Origin: an uncultured Erysipelotrichaceae bacterium
GTDB taxonomy: Bacteria; Bacillota_I; Bacilli_A; Erysipelotrichales; Erysipelotrichaceae
Length of the DNA: 64,000 nucleotides
Direction of reading: 5' to 3'
NCBI GenBank assembly: GCA_964369955.1
Contig: CAYJFQ010000006.1
Coordinates: forward strand, 2,763-66,762
The notes below the pieces were generated by a model. That model saw only the letters and a list, made by a program, of their open reading frames with translations. It did no database searches and was not told the origin of the DNA. Shown piece after piece: positions 47,670-57,750 of this stretch. How positions within the stretch are numbered: position 1 is the stretch's first letter; every line of letters begins with the position of its first letter. Position numbers and translations under genes: made by a program.

Positions 47670-49196
47670 ATGACATATGCAATTGAAATGCTTAACATAA
47701 CTAAAGATTTTCCGGGTATCCGTGCTAATGATGATGTTACTTTGATGGTTAAAGAACAATCGATTCATGCGCTACTAGGAGAAAATGGCGCTGGTAAGTC
47801 AACTTTAATGTCTATTCTTTTTGGTTTATATCAACCTACTAAAGGGAAGATTAAAGTAAAAGGAAAAGAGGTTTTGATAAACAATCCAAATATTGCTAAT
47901 GATTTAGGAATAGGGATGGTTCATCAACATTTTAAATTAGTTGATAGTTTTACAGTCACTGAGAATATTATATTAGGCAATGAACCTAAAACTGCTTTTG
48001 GTACCATTGATATCAAGGGTGCAGCTAAGAAGGTTAAAGAAATATCAGAAAGATACGGTTTAAATGTTGACCCTAATGCTAAGATTAGTGATATTAGTGT
48101 CGGTATGCAACAAAGAGTTGAAATTTTAAAAATGTTATATCGCAATTCAGATATATTAATTTTTGATGAACCAACAGCAGTATTAACCCCTCAAGAGATT
48201 CATGAGTTAATGAAGATCATGAAAAATATGATTAGTGAGGGCAAAACAATTTTACTGATCACTCATAAGTTAAATGAAATTAAGGAAGTAGCTGACTATT
48301 GTACAGTTCTTCGAAAAGGTAAGGGTATTGGCACAGTTGAAGTAAAAGATACTAGTGAAAAAGAGATGGCTGAAATGATGGTGGGGCGTCAAATTAACTT
48401 CAATATAGAAAAAGCCGATATTACTCCTGGCGAAGTGGTGCTTAAGGTTGATAATTTAAATGTTAAAGATTCTCAAGGATTAATGGCGGTTAAGAATTTA
48501 TCTCTTGAGGTTAGAGCTGGTGAAATCTTAGGGATTGCCGGTATTGATGGTAATGGACAGACTGAACTTGTTTATGCCTTGACTGGGCTAAGACATTGTG
48601 AGAGCGGCCATATTCACCTAAATGGAAACAACATTACTAATTATAAAGTTAAAAAACGTTTTGAAGCAGGGATGGCTCACATTCCTGAAGATCGTCATAA
48701 ACATGGGTTAGTTTTAGATTTTCCACTTGAGTATAATTATATTCTACATTGTTATAATGACCAACCATTTAGTGTATCTAGCATCTTGCAACCAACTGTA
48801 ATAAGTGATTATGCAGATAAACTAATTGAACAGTTTGATGTCCGTAGTGGTCAGGGCAAGGATTCTATTGTTCGCACAATGTCTGGTGGAAATCAACAGA
48901 AAGCAATTATTGCTAGAGAAATTGATCGCTCTGCAGATTTACTAGTTGTTGTTCAACCTACTAGAGGATTAGATGTAGGAGCTATTGAATATATCCATGG
49001 TCGCATAGTAGCTGAAAGAGATAAAGGCAAAGCGGTTTTGTTAGTATCTTTAGAATTGGATGAGGTAATGCAGTTATCTGATCGTATTGCAGTTATTCAT
49101 AATGGGGAAATTACAGGTCTTCTTGATAGTAAAGATGCTAATGAGAATGAGATTGGACTAATGATGTCTGGTTCGTTAAAGAAGGTAGAGGTGTAG
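47670..49196 (+). CDS. ABC transporter ATP-binding protein with duplicated ATPase domains (nucleoside/sugar type)
   Basis: 508 aa. Walker A GENGAGKST and signature-like VGMQQRVEIL in the first half. The second half is degenerate, with SGGNQQK. Confidence 0.9.
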   Translation: MTYAIEMLNITKDFPGIRANDDVTLMVKEQSIHALLGENGAGKSTLMSILFGLYQPTKGKIKVKGKEVLINNPNIANDLGIGMVHQHFKLVDSFTVTENIILGNEPKTAFGTIDIKGAAKKVKEISERYGLNVDPNAKISDISVGMQQRVEILKMLYRNSDILIFDEPTAVLTPQEIHELMKIMKNMISEGKTILLITHKLNEIKEVADYCTVLRKGKGIGTVEVKDTSEKEMAEMMVGRQINFNIEKADITPGEVVLKVDNLNVKDSQGLMAVKNLSLEVRAGEILGIAGIDGNGQTELVYALTGLRHCESGHIHLNGNNITNYKVKKRFEAGMAHIPEDRHKHGLVLDFPLEYNYILHCYNDQPFSVSSILQPTVISDYADKLIEQFDVRSGQGKDSIVRTMSGGNQQKAIIAREIDRSADLLVVVQPTRGLDVGAIEYIHGRIVAERDKGKAVLLVSLELDEVMQLSDRIAVIHNGEITGLLDSKDANENEIGLMMSGSLKKVEV

Positions 49197-50297
49197 ATGA
49201 TGAAGAATAATCGTGCTGTAACTGTATCTTTGATATCTGTTGCCTTAGGTTTATTGTTAGGTTTAGTTGTAGTAATAATTACAGGTCGCAGTCCTGTTGA
49301 TATGTTATTGGCTATTTTAAAGTCAATGACAGGAATTAATGTTACTGCTAGAGGTGTTAACTATAACATAGTATATGTCTTAAATTGGTTTACTGAGGTT
49401 ATGCCTCTAATCTTAACTGGTTTATCTGTAGCATTTGCATATCGTACTGGATTGTTTAATATTGGGGCTGATGGACAATATATGATGGGAGCTACTGCAG
49501 CTTCTGCTGTTGCTTTATTTGTAGATTTGCCACCCGTTATTCATCCAATAGCTTGTATCTTAGCTGCGATGGTGGCTGGTGCTGCGTGGGGATTCTTCCC
49601 AGGTTTCTTAAAGGCTACTCGAAATATACATGAGGTTGTTATTTGTATTATGTTTAACTATATTGGATTACATTTTTCTAACTACTTAGTTAGATATCAT
49701 ATGCCGATTGATGTTAAAACTAACCAAAGAACAATTGCATTTCCTGAGAGCGCTCATGTTGGAAAAGTTGTTGAATCTTTAACTTCACAGTTTAACTGGG
49801 GATTCTTAGTTTGTGTGATTGCAGTTTTTGTTGTTTGGTTCATTATTGAGAAAACTTCATTCGGCTATTCTTTGAAAGCTACTGGTTTTAATAAGGATGC
49901 TGCTAATTTTGCAGGAATGAAAGTTAAGCGTAATATTGTTTTATCGATGATGATATCTGGTGCTCTTGCAGGAGCCGCTGGAGCAGTTGTTGTCTTAGGT
50001 GTTTTCCGTTACGGAAGAATCTATGCGTCATTTGATAACTATGGTTTTAATGGCATACCAGTTGCTTTAGTTGGGGCAGCAAATGCCTTTGGGGTAGCTC
50101 TTGCTAGCTTACTATTTGGTTTACTTAAAGCTTGTAGCACTACTTTCCAAACTTATGGAATTCCAAAAGAAATTTCTGATTTAATTCAAGCAAGTATCAT
50201 CTATTTAGTAGCTATCCAATATGGAATTCTAATAGTGATTGATAAGTTAAAAGTTCGAAAAGAAAAAAAATTAGAAGCAGTAGGAGGTGACAAATAA
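49197..50297 (+). CDS. ABC transporter permease (BMP/nucleoside system)
   Basis: 366-aa polytopic protein whose start abuts the ATPase stop. Confidence 0.85.
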   Translation: MMKNNRAVTVSLISVALGLLLGLVVVIITGRSPVDMLLAILKSMTGINVTARGVNYNIVYVLNWFTEVMPLILTGLSVAFAYRTGLFNIGADGQYMMGATAASAVALFVDLPPVIHPIACILAAMVAGAAWGFFPGFLKATRNIHEVVICIMFNYIGLHFSNYLVRYHMPIDVKTNQRTIAFPESAHVGKVVESLTSQFNWGFLVCVIAVFVVWFIIEKTSFGYSLKATGFNKDAANFAGMKVKRNIVLSMMISGALAGAAGAVVVLGVFRYGRIYASFDNYGFNGIPVALVGAANAFGVALASLLFGLLKACSTTFQTYGIPKEISDLIQASIIYLVAIQYGILIVIDKLKVRKEKKLEAVGGDK

Positions 50298-51253
50298 TGG
50301 ATATTATTATTGAAATGTTTCCGATAGCTTTAGTCTTAGCTACTCCTTTAATTATTGCAGCGCTAGGCGGATTCTTCTCAGAAAGGTCTGGAGTTGTAAA
50401 TATCGCTTTAGAAGGCACGATGTTAGTTGGAGCATATGTGGCAGCTGGTACATTATATGGATTAAGTAATGCTAATGTTCCAGGGGCTCTTTATATTTCG
50501 GTTATTGCAGCTATTGTTTGTGGTATTTTGTTCAGTGCATTGTTAGCTTTTGCAGCTATTCATATGAAAGCTGATCAAACGATTGCTGGCACTGCTTTAA
50601 ATATCTTATCTGGTGGTTTAGCTATTTATATTTGTGAAATTATTTATGGCAGTAAAAGTACACCGGCTTTCTCGTTTGACGCAACTTTCTCAAGAGTATC
50701 AATTCCGATTTTAAAGGATATACCAATTATCGGACCAATGCTATTTACTGATAACTATCCAACAATTTATATTGCGGTAGTTCTAGTCTTTGTGACATGG
50801 TTTGTTGCTTATAAAACACCATTTGGATTGAAGTTAAGATCTTGTGGTGAATATCCACAAGCAAGTGCCTCAATGGGTATAAATGTTGTTAAGATGAGAT
50901 GGATTGGCGTTTTAACCTCAGGTGCATTTGCAGGACTTGCAGGCGCGAGTATTGTATTGACTACTGCAACTTATGCATATGCTGGTTCTATTCATGGTCT
51001 AGGGTTCATTTCTATTGCCACTCTAATCTTTGGTGGATATAAGCCTTGGGGTGTATTATTTGCAGGCTTATTCTTTGGATTTACTCAAACTCTTGGATTG
51101 TATTCAAGTAGTATTGAGATGTTCGCGACATGGCCTTCTGAATTCTTCACTATGTTTCCATATATTGCGACAGTAATTGCCTTAATATTATTTAGTGGTA
51201 GAGCTGTTGCGCCAAAAGCATCTGGTCAAATTTATGATGCAGGCAAACGTTAA
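50297..51253 (+). CDS. ABC transporter permease (BMP/nucleoside system)
   Basis: 318-aa polytopic protein with SD GGAGGTG and a 1-nt overlap with the previous gene. Confidence 0.85.
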   Translation: MDIIIEMFPIALVLATPLIIAALGGFFSERSGVVNIALEGTMLVGAYVAAGTLYGLSNANVPGALYISVIAAIVCGILFSALLAFAAIHMKADQTIAGTALNILSGGLAIYICEIIYGSKSTPAFSFDATFSRVSIPILKDIPIIGPMLFTDNYPTIYIAVVLVFVTWFVAYKTPFGLKLRSCGEYPQASASMGINVVKMRWIGVLTSGAFAGLAGASIVLTTATYAYAGSIHGLGFISIATLIFGGYKPWGVLFAGLFFGFTQTLGLYSSSIEMFATWPSEFFTMFPYIATVIALILFSGRAVAPKASGQIYDAGKR

Positions 51254-51260
51254 TATTCAA

Positions 51261-51287
51261 AAAACCACTATCATTGATAGTGGTTTT
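51261..51287 (+). terminator. Intrinsic terminator after the ABC operon
   Basis: AAAACCACTATCA / TGATAGTGGTTTT stem. Confidence 0.8.
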
Positions 51288-51357
51288 CTTAGTTCTAATA
51301 GCTTAATTTTACATCTGTTTAATTATATTTTATAATATTAAGACACTAGGAGGAATT

Positions 51358-51663
51358 ATGGCTAGAAAAAGAAAGAGATTAAATCGCAGATTATTTACTT
51401 ATATCTTTTCTGGAGTAGGAATAACTTTATCACTATACTTCATTATACAAGCAGTAAATGATATCTTGGTAAGTGCAGATCTTAGCGACAAGGTTAAAGT
51501 AACTGAAGAAGAGCTGGCTCGTCTACAAAGTCAAAACGAATCTTTAATAAATCAACGTGCAAAACTTGAAGATCCAGAATATATTAAAAACTACGCAAGA
51601 GCAGTCCACCTATTAACTAAAGATGGTGAACAAATCTTCCACATTACAAGTAACGACGAATAA
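51358..51663 (+). CDS. Septum formation initiator family protein (FtsB/DivIC-like)
   Basis: 101 aa with SD AGGAGG. Basic N-terminus, a single TM, then a coiled coil (EEELARLQSQNESLINQRAKLEDPEYI). Confidence 0.7.
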   Translation: MARKRKRLNRRLFTYIFSGVGITLSLYFIIQAVNDILVSADLSDKVKVTEEELARLQSQNESLINQRAKLEDPEYIKNYARAVHLLTKDGEQIFHITSNDE

Positions 51664-51665
51664 AT

Positions 51666-51690
51666 AAAGCTCTATCCATGATAGAGCTTT
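51666..51690. terminator. Bidirectional intrinsic terminator
   Basis: AAAGCTCTAT / ATAGAGCTTT stem. Confidence 0.75.
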
Positions 51691-53578
51691 ATTCTTTTAG
51701 TAGGTAAGCTTCAACACTATTATCTTGATATGTAATGTAGATAACTTTTGTCGGAACTTCAGAAAGAGTTGTATAAGTTAAAGTATTTACAACTTCTTTC
51801 CATTTATCAGTTGGAATTAATTGATTATCTGTTGACTGGGAGTAAGTACGTTTTAATGAATCGCAGTTTTTAAATAGCTGACTGACCTCTAGTCCGACAG
51901 TCATTTCTTTAATGTTCGCAAAATCGCTAGTCAAACCAGTCAAACCAATTGATTTTATTGTATTTGTGAATTGTTGGTAGACAGGAACATTGATTCTTTC
52001 GCCATTACCATTGGCAAGTTGAATAAAATAAAGAGGCATTGAATTTGTTTGATAGATATCTTGGTAGTCTAAAGCTAGGACATCAATAACAAGATTACTT
52101 ATTACTTCTTGAGAATGTTCATAAGAATAATTAATATGATGTCTAGTAGTTTTTAAGTTATCTTGAACACTATAAATTAACCAAGCTGCTTGATTTTCGA
52201 GTATAGGTTGATAGATAGGGTTATAAATCTTACTAGCAAGAATTTCTTGGTAAAATGAGTAAGGGATCAAAGATTGGTCAAAAGTATATTTTCTCTTATG
52301 ATTCATAATTTGATTATCATAAATGAAGTTTAAGTGAATAGGAATATCCACCTTGCTTTTTTTCTGATCAATAATCGCTTTATGTAAATCATTGATTGCG
52401 AGAATTGCTGAGGAATCAACAATTTCTATAGCGCTAGATAAACTATGAGGATTATTAATTGCAGAATAATTGTTAAAGACATTGTCAAAGAAATTAGAAT
52501 TAACTTCGATAGTGGTATATTCATTAGCGACTGGTAAATAATATGCATAACCATAACCACCGGTCATCTGTAAAGAAATAACTACTACAAGACAAGCTGA
52601 TATATAAGCCACAAAGTTCCCAACAGTTTTTTTAAGGTAATTAAATCCACGCTTACTTAAAGCATCAATCGTCAGGTAAGTAACTAATGAAAAACCAATC
52701 GCAAAGATATACTTGCCTAATACTCCAAAATTATTAGAAAGCGCAATAACTAAACACCCCATAAAAACTGTAAAAGTCGCAACATATTTTATTAATGGAT
52801 AAATCATTTTAGAAACAGAAGCCTCAGAACTTTGTTCAGCCCTTTTTGTGTAGAAGAGAATCGAAGCAAAAATTGGTATTAAAATCATTAAAATTAGATA
52901 AAACAAATAAACATAAAAACTAACATTAGTTGTCCAAATCGCAAAAATTCCATAAATCGGAGATAACATCACTAACAAGTCTTGATAGTAGTAATTAGGA
53001 AAGCCATAAATTGAATTCTCTAAGAATATAACAATTGAGTAATAAATAACCACAGGAATATTAATTAGAATTAAACTAGCTGTATAGCTATCGGTTAAGT
53101 TATTACATTTTTGAATCACAAAAGTCACAATATTATAAATAGCAAGAAAAACTAAAACAATGCTTAGGTAAATCAATAAATACTCAACAAAGAAAGAGGA
53201 GCCTTTAATTATTAACGAGAATATCCCTAATAAAGTTGAAATAGTTATTGGAACTAAGATAAAAATTAATCCCAACACATATTGTTGTAAAAAAATGGTT
53301 TGTCTTTTAACAGGTAGTGAATAATAGAAATCAGCCGACTTCTTATGATTTGTAAAATCAAATAATATAATTGGGAAAACAAAACCAGAAACCAATAAGA
53401 TAACAGAAATGAAAATAAAGAAGGGATAACTAGATTCGATAGTTAGAAACTCTGAGTTAATCGCTAAAACAATAAGAGGGAAAGTAGAAATACCTAAAGC
53501 AAATAAAAATATTAGAGTACTAATATGCTTAGAGAGTTGGAACTTTAAATAATTTGAAAGAGTTTTATTTTTTTTCAT
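51689..53578 (-). CDS. Large ABC-2-like permease with a C-terminal extracytoplasmic domain of about 290 aa
   Basis: Track ORF to 53617. The ATG at 53578 (MKKNKTL) overlaps the ATPase stop. About ten hydrophobic helices are followed by a long non-hydrophobic domain. No family recognised. Confidence 0.5.
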   Translation of the reverse strand: MKKNKTLSNYLKFQLSKHISTLIFLFALGISTFPLIVLAINSEFLTIESSYPFFIFISVILLVSGFVFPIILFDFTNHKKSADFYYSLPVKRQTIFLQQYVLGLIFILVPITISTLLGIFSLIIKGSSFFVEYLLIYLSIVLVFLAIYNIVTFVIQKCNNLTDSYTASLILINIPVVIYYSIVIFLENSIYGFPNYYYQDLLVMLSPIYGIFAIWTTNVSFYVYLFYLILMILIPIFASILFYTKRAEQSSEASVSKMIYPLIKYVATFTVFMGCLVIALSNNFGVLGKYIFAIGFSLVTYLTIDALSKRGFNYLKKTVGNFVAYISACLVVVISLQMTGGYGYAYYLPVANEYTTIEVNSNFFDNVFNNYSAINNPHSLSSAIEIVDSSAILAINDLHKAIIDQKKSKVDIPIHLNFIYDNQIMNHKRKYTFDQSLIPYSFYQEILASKIYNPIYQPILENQAAWLIYSVQDNLKTTRHHINYSYEHSQEVISNLVIDVLALDYQDIYQTNSMPLYFIQLANGNGERINVPVYQQFTNTIKSIGLTGLTSDFANIKEMTVGLEVSQLFKNCDSLKRTYSQSTDNQLIPTDKWKEVVNTLTYTTLSEVPTKVIYITYQDNSVEAYLLKE

Positions 53579-54449
53579 TGTGATCCTCACTTTCTTGATA
53601 GATATATTTTTCCTCAAGGTTTAATTCTTGTTGATTAAGAATCAATGGATTTAATTTTTTCAGTTGATTTTGGATTGTCGATAGTTTGCCACCTACCAAT
53701 ATTTTAATTATTTGCCCTTCTGTTTTATAACTTAAAATATTTAATTCTTTAAAATCAGCTTCAGAAACTTCAAAGTCGAATGCTAATTGAAACTTATGGG
53801 TGTTTTTAAATTTATGGTTAATTAAATCTAACGAGATATTGCCATCATTGATTAAGACAACTTTGTCACATAGATCTTGAAGCTCATTGAGATTATTTGA
53901 ACAAACGATAATCGTTTGAGTATTGTTTTTAGCATTATCTTTCAGCATCTTTTTTAAATTTAATGAGATGCTAGGATCTAGTCCCTGAAAAGTTTCATCC
54001 AGTAAAAGATATTTTGTCTTAATTGAAAGAGCTAAAATCAATGATGCTAATCTTTTCTTTCCTTGTGAAAATTTTCTTAATTCACTATTTTCTTTAATTG
54101 GAAAGATGTCTAAAAGACGATGATAGGTTTTATCGTCAAAGTTTGAGTAATAGATTTTATAAAATCTTCGCATTTCTGCTAGGGTACTTAATGGTAGAAA
54201 ATAAGCTTGTTCACTTACTAAGACAATTTCATTTTTTAAACTATTGTTTTCATAGATTGGTATGCCCCCAACTTTTAGATATCCGCTATCTGAATGGTAG
54301 ATACCGCTAATCAATCTTAAAAGAGTTGATTTACCAGAACCATCTGACCCTAAGATTCCAAGTATTTCTCCATCGTTGACATTTAAGGTCAAATCGGAAA
54401 TGATTTTCTTTCCGTGAAATGACTTATTTACTTTTATTAGTTCGATCAT
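53565..54449 (-). CDS. ABC transporter ATP-binding protein
   Basis: 294 aa with Walker A GSDGSGKST, signature-like FSQGKKR and Walker B LLLDE. Confidence 0.85.
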   Translation of the reverse strand: MIELIKVNKSFHGKKIISDLTLNVNDGEILGILGSDGSGKSTLLRLISGIYHSDSGYLKVGGIPIYENNSLKNEIVLVSEQAYFLPLSTLAEMRRFYKIYYSNFDDKTYHRLLDIFPIKENSELRKFSQGKKRLASLILALSIKTKYLLLDETFQGLDPSISLNLKKMLKDNAKNNTQTIIVCSNNLNELQDLCDKVVLINDGNISLDLINHKFKNTHKFQLAFDFEVSEADFKELNILSYKTEGQIIKILVGGKLSTIQNQLKKLNPLILNQQELNLEEKYIYQESEDHNEKK

Positions 54450-54529
54450 TTATATATCCTCATGTATTTATATTATAGGAAATTTGTGGGTAATATGCTA
54501 TATTATCATATGTAAAGAGGTAGATAATA

Positions 54530-56098
54530 ATGAAAAAAAGACCAGTAGTATTAGTTGTTATGGATGGGATTGGTATTTCTGCAAATAAATTAGGAAATGC
54601 AGTTGAGAATGCTTACACTCCAACTTTAGACTATTTATTAGCTAATTGTCCAAATCTTCCAATCAAGGCACACGGTGTAGCTGTTGGATTACCTAGTGAT
54701 GATGATATGGGTAACTCAGAAGTAGGGCATAACGCATTAGGTTGTGGACAGATTTATTCACAAGGTGCAAAACTTGTAGGAGAATCTATTTCGACTAAAG
54801 AGATTTATAATAGTGACACTTGGAAGGCTTTAATTAAAAATGCTAAAAACTCAACTCTTCATTTTATGGGGCTATTATCAGATGGAAATGTCCATTCACA
54901 CATTAGCCATTTACTTGCGATGTTAGACCAAGCAAAGGCAGAAGAAATCAAAAAAGTAAGAGTTCATATTATGTTAGATGGTAGAGATGTGCCTGAAACT
55001 TCAGGACTAATCTATGTAGATATGTTAGAAAGTAAAATCAAAGAATTAAATGATGATAACTTTGATTGTAAAATTGCTAGTGGTGGTGGACGCATGAAAA
55101 TCACTATGGATCGTTATGAAGCAAACTGGAACATGGTTGAAGAGGGATGGAAACACCATGTATTAGGAGAAGGCAGACAATTTGAGAATGCCACTAAGGC
55201 AATTAAGACTTACCGTGAAGAATTGAAAATTGATGATCAAAATCTTCCTGGTTTTGTGATTGTAGAGAATGGTGAACCAGTTGGTAAAATTGTTGACGGT
55301 GACAGTGTTATTCTATTTAACTTTAGAGGTGACCGCGCTTTAGAAATTTCAAAAGCATTCGATGATGAAAATTTTGATAAGTTTAATCGTGGCCCCAAAT
55401 TAGATGTAATGTATGCGGGAATGTTAGAATATGACGGAGACTTAAAAATACCTAGTCGTTACTTAGTAAGTCCACCAAGTATAAAAAACACTTTAACAGA
55501 ATATTTAGTTAGTCATAATATTAATGAATATGCAATCAGTGAAACTCAAAAATTTGGACATGTAACTTATTTCTGGAATGGCAACAAATCTGAGAAAATT
55601 TCAAACGAATTAGAAACATGGGTAGAAATCACTTCTGACTTATGCCCATTCAACCAAAGACCTTGGATGAAAGTTGGAGAAATTACCGACACTCTAGTTG
55701 AGGCAATTGAGTCTGAAAAATATGACTTCTTAAGAACTAATTATCCTAACGGAGATATGGTTGGTCATACAGGCGATTACCAAGCGACGATTATTGGAGT
55801 TGAAGCAGTTGATTTAGCACTTAAACGTGTTATGCAAGCTGTAGACAAAGTTAATGGCATCTTAGTATTGACTGCAGATCACGGGAATGCTGATGAGATG
55901 TATGAAAAAAGCAAAGATCCTAACGCAAAGCCAAAACCAAAGACAGCTCATACATTAAATCCAGTACCATTTATTGTTTATGGTAAAGATGTAGAACTAA
56001 ATAATGGAGATTTTGGATTGGCAAATGTTGCCTCTAGTGTTGTTAGGTTGCTTGAGCTTCCGGAAAATTCTAATTGGTTACCAAGTATCATTAAATAA
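54530..56098 (+). CDS. gpmI: 2,3-bisphosphoglycerate-independent phosphoglycerate mutase
   Basis: 522 aa with VLVVMDGIG, GNSEVGHN and TADHGNAD motifs. Confidence 0.95.
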   Translation: MKKRPVVLVVMDGIGISANKLGNAVENAYTPTLDYLLANCPNLPIKAHGVAVGLPSDDDMGNSEVGHNALGCGQIYSQGAKLVGESISTKEIYNSDTWKALIKNAKNSTLHFMGLLSDGNVHSHISHLLAMLDQAKAEEIKKVRVHIMLDGRDVPETSGLIYVDMLESKIKELNDDNFDCKIASGGGRMKITMDRYEANWNMVEEGWKHHVLGEGRQFENATKAIKTYREELKIDDQNLPGFVIVENGEPVGKIVDGDSVILFNFRGDRALEISKAFDDENFDKFNRGPKLDVMYAGMLEYDGDLKIPSRYLVSPPSIKNTLTEYLVSHNINEYAISETQKFGHVTYFWNGNKSEKISNELETWVEITSDLCPFNQRPWMKVGEITDTLVEAIESEKYDFLRTNYPNGDMVGHTGDYQATIIGVEAVDLALKRVMQAVDKVNGILVLTADHGNADEMYEKSKDPNAKPKPKTAHTLNPVPFIVYGKDVELNNGDFGLANVASSVVRLLELPENSNWLPSIIK

Positions 56099-56103
56099 AC
56101 TAT

Positions 56104-56133
56104 AATGAGACAATTTCCTTGTCTCATTTTTTT
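56104..56133 (+). terminator. Intrinsic terminator after gpmI
   Basis: AATGAGACAA / TTGTCTCATT stem followed by a T-run. Confidence 0.75.
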
Positions 56134-56150
56134 ATGCTATAATTTGAGGG

Positions 56151-56777
56151 ATGAAAAAAGGTAAATTTATAGTATTTGAAGGACCGGATGGCAGTGGTAA
56201 ATCTACTGTTAGTCAGGCGGTATATGAATATTTAGTTAAAGAAAATGATAGTTTTATTTTAACTAGAGAACCAGGAGGAATAAGAATCTCTGAAGATATT
56301 AGGGATATTATTTTATCTCCAACTAATGTTGAGATGGATCCAAGAACTGAGGCTCTACTTTATGCAGCTAGTCGTAGACAACACTTAGTAGAAAAAGTTC
56401 TGCCAGCCATCAATAATCAAAAGCATGTTATTTGTGACCGTTTTGTTGATAGTTCACTTGCTTATCAAAGTTATGGTCGCCAATTAAGTTTAGATGATAT
56501 TATTCAAATTAATGATTTTGCGATTCAAGGATACTATCCAGATTTAACAATCTTTTTAAATATTAGTGCTGAATCAGGACTGAAACGACTTGAGAATCGC
56601 AAGACTTTGGATCGTTTAGATAGTGAAGGACTAGACTTTCACAATCGTGTATTCAATGGTTATCAAGAAATCTTGAGCAACACTAGCCGTCAATATATTA
56701 TTGTCGATGCTAGTAAACCTCTAGATGAAGTTGTTAGAGAGTCAATTAAAATTATTAGAGAATATTTATATGGATAG
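56151..56777 (+). CDS. tmk: Thymidylate kinase
   Basis: 208 aa with P-loop FEGPDGSGKST and the DRF motif. Confidence 0.9.
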   Translation: MKKGKFIVFEGPDGSGKSTVSQAVYEYLVKENDSFILTREPGGIRISEDIRDIILSPTNVEMDPRTEALLYAASRRQHLVEKVLPAINNQKHVICDRFVDSSLAYQSYGRQLSLDDIIQINDFAIQGYYPDLTIFLNISAESGLKRLENRKTLDRLDSEGLDFHNRVFNGYQEILSNTSRQYIIVDASKPLDEVVRESIKIIREYLYG

Positions 56778-57750
56778 TCAAACTTTTAAGAAGAACCAAC
56801 TTATAGCCTATCAAACAATTATCAATAGCATTAAGAATAATCGTTTATCTCATGCATATCTATTTCATGGCCCTAACGGACTGGCACTAGAGACTTATGT
56901 TGAATATTTTGCAAAATGTTTGTTGTGTGAAAACAAGGAAGATGGATTAGCTTGTGGAGTTTGTAGTAATTGTCAGAGAGTAGACAATGGATTATATGCT
57001 GATATCATCACAATGTCAAAAGGCGATAAATCAATTGGCAAAGCTGATATTATTGAAATGATTAGTAGATTTAATAAAACAGCACTAGAAAAAACAGGCT
57101 TAAAATTTTATTTTATCTATCAGATAGAGCACGCGACTGTTGAGGCTTTAAATAGTTTATTAAAATTCTTAGAAGAACCAGGTAATGATAATACTTATGC
57201 GATATTAACTACTAATCAAATTGACAAGGTATTACCAACTATTGTCTCTAGATGTTTAGCGGTTCCTTTTAGGAATCATAGTTTGAGTGAAATCAATGAA
57301 CTATTAGCAGACAAGATGTATGATAAGGTTAAGTTACATTTATTAAGTGGATGTTATAAAGATCCTACTTACATTAGCGAATTGATTGATGACTCTATTT
57401 TTGAAAGAGCTTATTCATTATTTAAACAAGGGTTAAGAAATATTCGACTTGATTATCAGTTAGCTTATTTAGAGATGTTTAGTCAAGGATTAATAGATAA
57501 GAAAGAAGACAAACAGTTTTTAACTATATGGCTAGATTTAAATATTCAATTTCTTAAAGACTTAGAAGGTAGTAAAAACAATGATTTAGATTGGTACTTT
57601 GAAGAAGTAAACAATTACCAAGGTTTTTATAAAAATAATTATCAAGCACTACAAATATTACTAGCAATTAAAGATCGAATAATTAGTTCAGCTAACATTC
57701 CAATGGTAGTTGATAGTTTATTCTACCAATTAAAGGGGGCAATAAAATGA
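56770..57750 (+). CDS. holB: DNA polymerase III subunit delta'
   Basis: Track ORF 56725. The ATG at 56770 (MDSQTF) overlaps the tmk stop. HAYLFHGPNG and the zinc module CGVCSNCQRV are present. Confidence 0.85.
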   Translation: MDSQTFKKNQLIAYQTIINSIKNNRLSHAYLFHGPNGLALETYVEYFAKCLLCENKEDGLACGVCSNCQRVDNGLYADIITMSKGDKSIGKADIIEMISRFNKTALEKTGLKFYFIYQIEHATVEALNSLLKFLEEPGNDNTYAILTTNQIDKVLPTIVSRCLAVPFRNHSLSEINELLADKMYDKVKLHLLSGCYKDPTYISELIDDSIFERAYSLFKQGLRNIRLDYQLAYLEMFSQGLIDKKEDKQFLTIWLDLNIQFLKDLEGSKNNDLDWYFEEVNNYQGFYKNNYQALQILLAIKDRIISSANIPMVVDSLFYQLKGAIK

